Virus record (IMG/VR): IMGVR_UViG_3300031419_000529
Location: 1-64,000 of that record
DNA: 64,000 nucleotides
Strand: one strand, 5' to 3'
Source: a virus
Position 1 is the stretch's first letter. Every line of letters starts with the position of its first letter. Of the stretch, positions 58,604-64,000 are shown piece by piece. The notes below the pieces were generated by a model, which ran no database searches, was not told where the DNA came from, and saw only the letters and a list, made by a program, of their open reading frames with translations. The position numbers and the translations under genes were made by a program.

Positions 58604-59098
58604 ATGAGCAATCCTGCACTAGCGTTAATAAATTGGATCGAGGGATTCCCTTTGGAAACCCAGGACGAAATTACTTTTTTGGTATGCGCATCTCACCCCA
58701 GTTTCAGCGCCGATATTGACAACATCTTTAAGTCTAAAGAGTATTCGTCAAAAATCCTTGAACTTTTAAAGGGTTCCACTAGTGGTGATTTTAAAGATAT
58801 TGGAGTAATTGTCTCATTTCGTGCGCTGTTCGATTATTTTTTCTTGGCAAAACGCGGAACTAAAGAAGGATGGGATGAGACGGTTAAGCTATTTGACAGC
58901 GTAATCAATGACCCATCTGAGAAACCTGCTGGTGTTGTTGAGCAAGCTAAAGAAATGAAAGATAAGGTGCCAGAAAGAATGGCGCAATGGATTGCGATAT
59001 GTGATTCATGGAAGCAACTTAAACTAACATCGCTCTCAGATGATGAAATTGAACAGTGGCATAACGCTCAAGCTTTCTCGACCTATAAGCCTGTTTGA
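58604..59098 (+). CDS. Hypothetical accessory protein between Q and pR'
   Basis: 164-aa ORF with RBS AGGGG. Confidence 0.75.
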   Translation: MSNPALALINWIEGFPLETQDEITFLVCASHPSFSADIDNIFKSKEYSSKILELLKGSTSGDFKDIGVIVSFRALFDYFFLAKRGTKEGWDETVKLFDSVINDPSEKPAGVVEQAKEMKDKVPERMAQWIAICDSWKQLKLTSLSDDEIEQWHNAQAFSTYKPV

Positions 59099-59124
59099 TA
59101 TTACCAATTCATCGATGTTAGGAG

Positions 59125-59153
59125 TTGCTTATAGTTCTATAACGCGCTAAATT
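59125..59153 (+). promoter_or_regulatory. Late promoter pR' of prophage 2
   Basis: TTGCTT-N17-TAAATT; -10-like TATGCT at 59171. Confidence 0.65.
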
Positions 59154-59159
59154 TCCGAA

Positions 59160-59243
59160 AGATGCCGGAGTATGCTTAAAGCTACTTCGGCTTTTTTATT
59201 GGTCAGTCCTAAGCCTGCATGGTTCGCCCAGCAGGCTTTTTTT
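59160..59243 (+). ncRNA. Candidate ~85-nt antisense sRNA from the pR' leader
   Basis: Hairpin 59164-59191, unpaired TTATTGGTCAGTCCT 59196-59210, terminator 59211-59243; the seed is complementary to six RBS/start sites. Confidence 0.65.
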
Positions 59244-59269
59244 ATTCCCCCAAGCAGGGGAGGTGGAGT

Positions 59270-59512
59270 ATGAAAATGCAGGAGAAAGCAAGCCTCGCGG
59301 CCTACCTCTCTTCAGGGTTTCTTGTGCTGGTGGGGAAGGTGGGGAAATTACTTAACGATCTCACTCTGAACGATTGGGCGATCGTCATCGGTATCATCAT
59401 CGGTATCGCGACGTTTGCCGCAAACCTGTACTTCCAGAATCGCCAGACACGAGCTATTGAACGCGCCTCACGCGCCGGCGCCACAATCATTAACCCGGGG
59501 CGTGCCAAATGA
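59270..59512 (+). CDS. Holin (two-TM, pinholin-like) with dual start
   Basis: Met-Lys-Met; LTLNDWAIVIGIIIGIATFAANLYF; upstream CCCC/GGGG hairpin. Confidence 0.85.
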   Translation: MKMQEKASLAAYLSSGFLVLVGKVGKLLNDLTLNDWAIVIGIIIGIATFAANLYFQNRQTRAIERASRAGATIINPGRAK

Positions 59513-60057
59513 CGATTAAAAAGAAGGTTAGCGCTGTCGTTTGCTCTGTGTCCGTGATTATCGGGCTGGTATTGAACCAGGCGGGGGATTTCAAATCCGC
59601 GAATGGTAATCCCCTCCGATTTTCCAAGGCGGCGATGGAAGTCATGGGGAATGCGGAGAGTTGCCGCCGGGATCCGTATCTATGCCCTGCCCAAATCATT
59701 ACGCAGGGAATCGGTCATACCGGGAAAGGTGTAGCCGCCGTCAGCAAAGCGAGTGATCAGCAGATCGCTAAGTGGTTTGCCGAAGACCAACTCGATGCGC
59801 AGAACTGTATTGAGGTGAACGTTGAACGTAAGCTGGGGAAGCAACTCCCCCAGGGTGTATTCGATGGGATAGGGAGTTTTATTTTTAACGTCGGCTGTGG
59901 CCAGTTCACCCGCTCGACGATGTACCGATATCTGCTGGCTGAAAAAAACGTAGATGCCTGTGAGCAGTTGCCCCGATGGATTTATGCCGTGGGAAAGGTG
60001 CTTAAGGGACTGGTAATTCGTCGCGACAAAGAGAAGGCGCTCTGCCTGGCTCACTGA
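59509..60057 (+). CDS. SAR endolysin, GH24 lysozyme
   Basis: N-terminal weakly hydrophobic anchor; ESCRRDPYLC...TQGIGHT; FNVG; GLVIRR. Confidence 0.9.
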   Translation: MTIKKKVSAVVCSVSVIIGLVLNQAGDFKSANGNPLRFSKAAMEVMGNAESCRRDPYLCPAQIITQGIGHTGKGVAAVSKASDQQIAKWFAEDQLDAQNCIEVNVERKLGKQLPQGVFDGIGSFIFNVGCGQFTRSTMYRYLLAEKNVDACEQLPRWIYAVGKVLKGLVIRRDKEKALCLAH

Positions 60058-60189
60058 AAACAGGCCGATTCTGGCCGATATCTACATGAAAACCCCCGAA
60101 TCGGTAACGCTACGTGAAATCTACAATCACGGTGATTGTCGTTACCCACACATTTTTCATAGCAAACGGCGTTAAGCCCGGATCCTGAC

Positions 60190-60726
60190 ATGACCAACAA
60201 AATACTGCTCACCATTGCCGGTGTATTGCAGGCGGGGATCCTTGCGCTTGGCTGGATGGCATTCCATTTCTACGGCGTATCCGTTGCGAAGGATGGGGAG
60301 TTGAACCAGGCGAAAAGCGATCTGGGTGTGGCCACCGCGACGAATGTCCAGCAGGCATTCCAGTTCCAGCGCGCCAATGAGATATCAGCCGCAGCCGGTA
60401 AGTACAACGTCACCATCTCTGCCAAGAGCGAGGAACGGCAAATTGAAAACCGCAACGACCTTAAAACTGAGGAATGCGCTGATCGCTATATCCCTGACGC
60501 TACTGCTCAGCGCCTGTACGCGTACACGAACGGTCTACGTGCCATCGCAATGCGTGATTCCGGCAAGCCTGACGGAGCCGCTACTAATTCCACTGCCGCC
60601 GGCCGCCTGACATACCGCCAGGCGGTTCTCTGGATCGACCCGTTGCTCACCTTACTGGACAGGGCGAACAATGACCGCGCTGGGATCCGCAGCCTTCCAC
60701 ACCAACAACCAACAGAGCCTCGGTAA
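60190..60726 (+). CDS. Inner-membrane spanin (Rz-like)
   Basis: N-terminal TM, helical periplasmic domain. Confidence 0.8.
   Translation: MTNKILLTIAGVLQAGILALGWMAFHFYGVSVAKDGELNQAKSDLGVATATNVQQAFQFQRANEISAAAGKYNVTISAKSEERQIENRNDLKTEECADRYIPDATAQRLYAYTNGLRAIAMRDSGKPDGAATNSTAAGRLTYRQAVLWIDPLLTLLDRANNDRAGIRSLPHQQPTEPR
60443..60610 (+). CDS. Embedded outer-membrane spanin (Rz1-like)
   Basis: RBS GAGGA, TTG start, lipobox LSAC, +1 frame inside Rz. Confidence 0.7.
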   Translation: MKTATTLKLRNALIAISLTLLLSACTRTRTVYVPSQCVIPASLTEPLLIPLPPAA

Positions 60727-60765
60727 TCACCGGGGCTTTTTACTATCAGAAGCAGGAGAAGCAAC

Positions 60766-60978
60766 ATGTTCACCATTAAGTTGAAGTACGCCACCAAGCA
60801 AGAGCGGTTAATCGGCGGCAGTGAAGTTATCTGGAATGGGGAGAGCAAGACCCTTTCAGTGATCGGTACCGGCGGTGACGAGAAGTATCAACTGTTACCC
60901 GGTGACGACGCCTATGTAACGAATGCCGCTGGCAAGACGGTTGCGACTTACACCAACTCAACACAGCCTGTTGCATAA
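60766..60978 (+). CDS. Small hypothetical protein
   Basis: RBS AGGAG; AYVTNAAGKTV. Confidence 0.75.
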   Translation: MFTIKLKYATKQERLIGGSEVIWNGESKTLSVIGTGGDEKYQLLPGDDAYVTNAAGKTVATYTNSTQPVA

Positions 60979-61048
60979 GCCATCACACAGCTCATCCACC
61001 AGTGTGGGCTGTCTAATGGTCAATGGAAGAGAACAGTAAACACATCAC

Positions 61049-61894
61049 ATGGCAAAGCATGACTGGAAAGCGCTGCAGACTGAGTTCCTCAGGGACAATG
61101 CAGCTACAGGGATAACAGCTCAGCAGTGGTGTGAGAACCATGGGTTGAACTACCAGTCAGCCCGGCGTTACATCAAACCTCGTGCTGCGCAATCTGCGCA
61201 AAACAAACAGCGCAATACTGCGCACAGTGCGCAGCGCAATGAGAATGCGCAAAACTGCGCAGGTGGTGATGATTCAGTAGATGACGATGAACATGTATCA
61301 GCAGACGCAAGCGACAAGACTGATACAGCTCCGGATCAAGACGCGAAACCGCACGGAAGAGACGGCAAGGGCCGGTTTGCTCAGGGTAACGCGGGCAATA
61401 CGGGTATTCCATCTAATGCTTTTGCACCGCGCAATCAGACCGCCAGAAAGCACTCAGCGTATTCGAAGTACCTCGATGCTGATGAGTTATTTGATGCGGT
61501 CGCCGATTCTGATCTGCATGACGAACTGATATTCACTCGCGCCCGGGCATTGTCAGTCACCAAGACAATGAAGCAGATCATGGAGGATTTGCAGAAGGCC
61601 GAGAGCGTTGAAACGCGCATTGAGCTTTACGACAAATTTCTCAAAGCTGAGCAGGGGCTCGACAGAAATATCGGGCGAATTGAGTCCATCGAGCGCACGC
61701 TCAGTAGTCTGCAACTGAACGCAGTTAATGTTCCGCGGCTAAGCGAAGACACACTGCGTATTATTGCGGCCACTGCCAAGTTGAAAGCTGAGACTCAGAA
61801 GCTCACGGCAGAAAGCAAAGACGTCACTACGCCACTGTCTGGCATCGTCTCTGATATTCAGGGCATGACCGATAACGGGTTGATGTCCAAATGA
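61049..61894 (+). CDS. Terminase small subunit
   Basis: N-terminal HTH (WCENHGLNYQSARRYI), GRFAQGN; precedes terL. Confidence 0.85.
   Translation: MAKHDWKALQTEFLRDNAATGITAQQWCENHGLNYQSARRYIKPRAAQSAQNKQRNTAHSAQRNENAQNCAGGDDSVDDDEHVSADASDKTDTAPDQDAKPHGRDGKGRFAQGNAGNTGIPSNAFAPRNQTARKHSAYSKYLDADELFDAVADSDLHDELIFTRARALSVTKTMKQIMEDLQKAESVETRIELYDKFLKAEQGLDRNIGRIESIERTLSSLQLNAVNVPRLSEDTLRIIAATAKLKAETQKLTAESKDVTTPLSGIVSDIQGMTDNGLMSK
61186..61261. repeat. Eight (T/A)GCGCA repeats inside terS (candidate pac region)
   Basis: Copies at 61186, 61195, 61209, 61219, 61228, 61233, 61246, 61256. Confidence 0.7.
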
Positions 61895-63606
61895 CGGCGC
61901 CACACTACGACTCGGCAAGCGTTGACGACGAACTGAGTGGAATGTCAGCGGCCCAGCAGCGTTTGTTCATCGTGACCAAGCTATCCAATCCTTGGTGGCG
62001 GCTGAACAACCTCTACAAGATCGAGAATGAGAAGGGCGAACTGGTCACGTTCCGATTGCGCCCAGCGCAGCGCACACTGTTCGAGTCGATGCATTACCGC
62101 AACATTATCCTGAAGGCGCGGCAGCTCGGTTTCTCAACAGCAATCGATATTTACCTGCTGGATCAGGCGTTGTTCAACAAGAACTTGAAGTGCGGGATTA
62201 TCGCTCAGGACAAGTCAGCGGCTGGCGAGATATTCCGTACCAAGATAGCGATACCTTTCGACAACCTGCCAGGGTGGTTGAGGGCGGACTTCAAAATTAC
62301 TGAGCGGCGCAGCGGGGCAAACGGCGGCTACATTCTATTTGCCCATGGTTCGAGCATTCAGGTGGCAACCTCATTCCGTTCCGGTACCGTTCAGCGCCTG
62401 CACATTTCCGAGCATGGGAAGATCTGCGCCAAGTATCCGGCTAAGGCCAAGGAAGTGCGAACCGGTACGCTCAACGCCATTCACGACGGCTGTATTGCCT
62501 TCATCGAAAGCACGGCAGAGGGCGTCGGCGGCGACTTTCACGAAATGAGTACCCGCTCAATGGAGCTGGGGCAGACTGGTATCGAGCTGACCACTCAGGA
62601 TTGGAAGTTTCATTTCTTCGCCTGGTGGCAGGATCCGAAGTATGTGGCGCAGGTTCCAGCTGCTGGCCTACGCCTCAGCAAATACCTCAGGGAATATTTT
62701 TCAGGCGTTGAGCTGTCGATGCAGATCACGCTCAGCGCCGAGCAGCGCCAGTGGTATATCAACAAAGAAATCGAGCAGCGCGACGAAATGAAACAGGAAT
62801 TCCCCAGCACGCCGCTCGAGGCGTTCCTGACTTCTGGCCGCCGCGTATTCGATGCTATCAGCACGATGAAAGCGCAAGGCCACTGTACGCCGCCATTGCT
62901 GGTGTACGACATGGATCCGGTGACCGGCACCAAGACCAAAGCTCAGGGGCTGCGCGGCGGTGAAACAAAAGAGCTTGTCCGCACCCTGCTGAATCATCTG
63001 CTGGTCTGGGAGCTTCCAGATCCGGAAGAAGACTATGCCATTGGCGCTGATATCGCGGAAGGATTGGAAAGCGGCGACCGATCATCGTTTGACGTCATCA
63101 AGAAGAGCAGCGGCGAGCAAGTGGCGCATTGGTTCGGCTATCTCGATGCTGAGTTATTCGCGCAACTGCTGGCACACGTCGGCAAATGGTACAACACCGC
63201 CTACATCGGGCCTGAGCGTAACAACCACGGTCACGCGGTGCTGCAAAAGTTGCGTGATATCTACCCGCTGCGCGCTATCTACGCAGAGCAGTACCTCGAT
63301 CGTGAAGACGATGACGAAACACCAAAGCTCGGCTGGCTGACTACCAAGCAAAGCAAGCCTGTCATCACTGAGGGATTGAAAACCCTATTACGTAACGGTG
63401 TCAGCGGCATCCGCTGGATCGGCACCGTCAATGAAGCGAACACCTACGTGTATGACCCCAAGGGTGCAATGGGCGCGCAATCCGGTTGTTACGATGACCA
63501 GGTGATGAGCTATGCCATTGCCCAAGAGATGCGCACCCGCATGCCAGCCCGTCCGAAGGTCACACCTATCGACAGATCTAAACCCACACACTGGATGTCT
63601 CACTGA
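61891..63606 (+). CDS. Terminase large subunit
   Basis: LKARQLGFST, LHISE, IESTAEG, IGADIAEG, YDDQVMS. Confidence 0.95.
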   Translation: MTAPHYDSASVDDELSGMSAAQQRLFIVTKLSNPWWRLNNLYKIENEKGELVTFRLRPAQRTLFESMHYRNIILKARQLGFSTAIDIYLLDQALFNKNLKCGIIAQDKSAAGEIFRTKIAIPFDNLPGWLRADFKITERRSGANGGYILFAHGSSIQVATSFRSGTVQRLHISEHGKICAKYPAKAKEVRTGTLNAIHDGCIAFIESTAEGVGGDFHEMSTRSMELGQTGIELTTQDWKFHFFAWWQDPKYVAQVPAAGLRLSKYLREYFSGVELSMQITLSAEQRQWYINKEIEQRDEMKQEFPSTPLEAFLTSGRRVFDAISTMKAQGHCTPPLLVYDMDPVTGTKTKAQGLRGGETKELVRTLLNHLLVWELPDPEEDYAIGADIAEGLESGDRSSFDVIKKSSGEQVAHWFGYLDAELFAQLLAHVGKWYNTAYIGPERNNHGHAVLQKLRDIYPLRAIYAEQYLDREDDDETPKLGWLTTKQSKPVITEGLKTLLRNGVSGIRWIGTVNEANTYVYDPKGAMGAQSGCYDDQVMSYAIAQEMRTRMPARPKVTPIDRSKPTHWMSH

Positions 63607-64000
63607 TGAATACAGCCATGATTGACGCTGAGGACACACAATCTCAGCCGGACAACCGCGACCGATTTACGCTGCAACAACTACTGAATATCTCTGCTGA
63701 TATAGATTCACAGCCTGAGTGGAGAACCACAGCCAATACGGCCTGTGCCTATTACGATGGCGATCAGCTACCGCCGGAGGTTGTTTCCAAGCTAAAAGAG
63801 CGTGGGCAGCCATTAACCATGCACAACCTGATCGCGCCGACTATCGACGGCGTGCTCGGGATGGAAGCAAAGACACGTACCGATCTGATGGTCATTGCTG
63901 ATGACCCAAGCGAAGAGATGGAGCAGATGGCGGAAGCGGTCAACGCTGAATACTCCGATGCCTGCAGGCTCAGCAACCTAAACAAAGCGCGTTCCGATGC
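63606..64000 (+). CDS. P22/933W-type portal protein, partial
   Basis: TGATG overlap with terL; QPEWR...AYYDGDQL...RGQP...NLIAPTIDGVLG; open to the window end. Confidence 0.88.
   Translation, partial: MNTAMIDAEDTQSQPDNRDRFTLQQLLNISADIDSQPEWRTTANTACAYYDGDQLPPEVVSKLKERGQPLTMHNLIAPTIDGVLGMEAKTRTDLMVIADDPSEEMEQMAEAVNAEYSDACRLSNLNKARSD

Larger units (their letters stand above)
32785..64000. mobile_element. Prophage 2 (933W/APSE-like temperate podovirus), left part; continues beyond window
   Basis: att core, int/xis, leftward recombination operon, divergent cI/cro, replication, Q, lysis, terS/terL, P22-type portal. Confidence 0.93.

Noticed and set aside
43452-59210. Dispersed motif as a CRISPR or mini-array repeat
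   Set aside because: Copies are kilobases apart, have no regular spacers and coincide with start codons; no cas genes
1-64000. tRNA/rRNA genes or IS elements
   Set aside because: None recognised by eye; a tRNAscan-SE/ISEScan run would be needed to exclude them formally

Overview
The window holds two different temperate Enterobacterales prophages integrated in tandem; no host housekeeping genes are visible. Prophage 1 (1-~32,785) is the right part of a lambdoid siphovirus: nin-region genes, LexA-controlled dinI, Q-like antiterminator, holin/GH19 endolysin/spanins, head genes, a lambda-like tail (H, M, L, K, I, J) and two tail-fibre genes. The junction at 32,785-32,808 matches, from recall, the 3' end of the SdsR/RyeB sRNA gene, a known integration hotspot, and has phage-type arms on both sides. 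Prophage 2 (~32,785 to beyond 64,000) looks like a 933W/APSE-type podovirus: int, xis, SRAP-umuDC, YqaJ/Bet recombination, cI/cro, replication genes, rdgC, dam, Q, lysis genes, terS, terL and the start of the portal. It carries several AT-rich accessory genes, including three coiled-coil/two-TM proteins and a KAP NTPase. The most striking unexplained signal is in prophage 2: six genes share the ribosome-binding/start motif AGGACTGACCAATGA. Its complement lies unpaired between two hairpins in a ~85-nt transcript predicted from the late promoter, which suggests a multi-target antisense sRNA regulon. Two further candidate structured ncRNAs (5,866-6,076 and 37,593-37,744) and several small ORFs missed by the ORF track are also reported. 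All family assignments come from motif recognition and gene order, not database searches.
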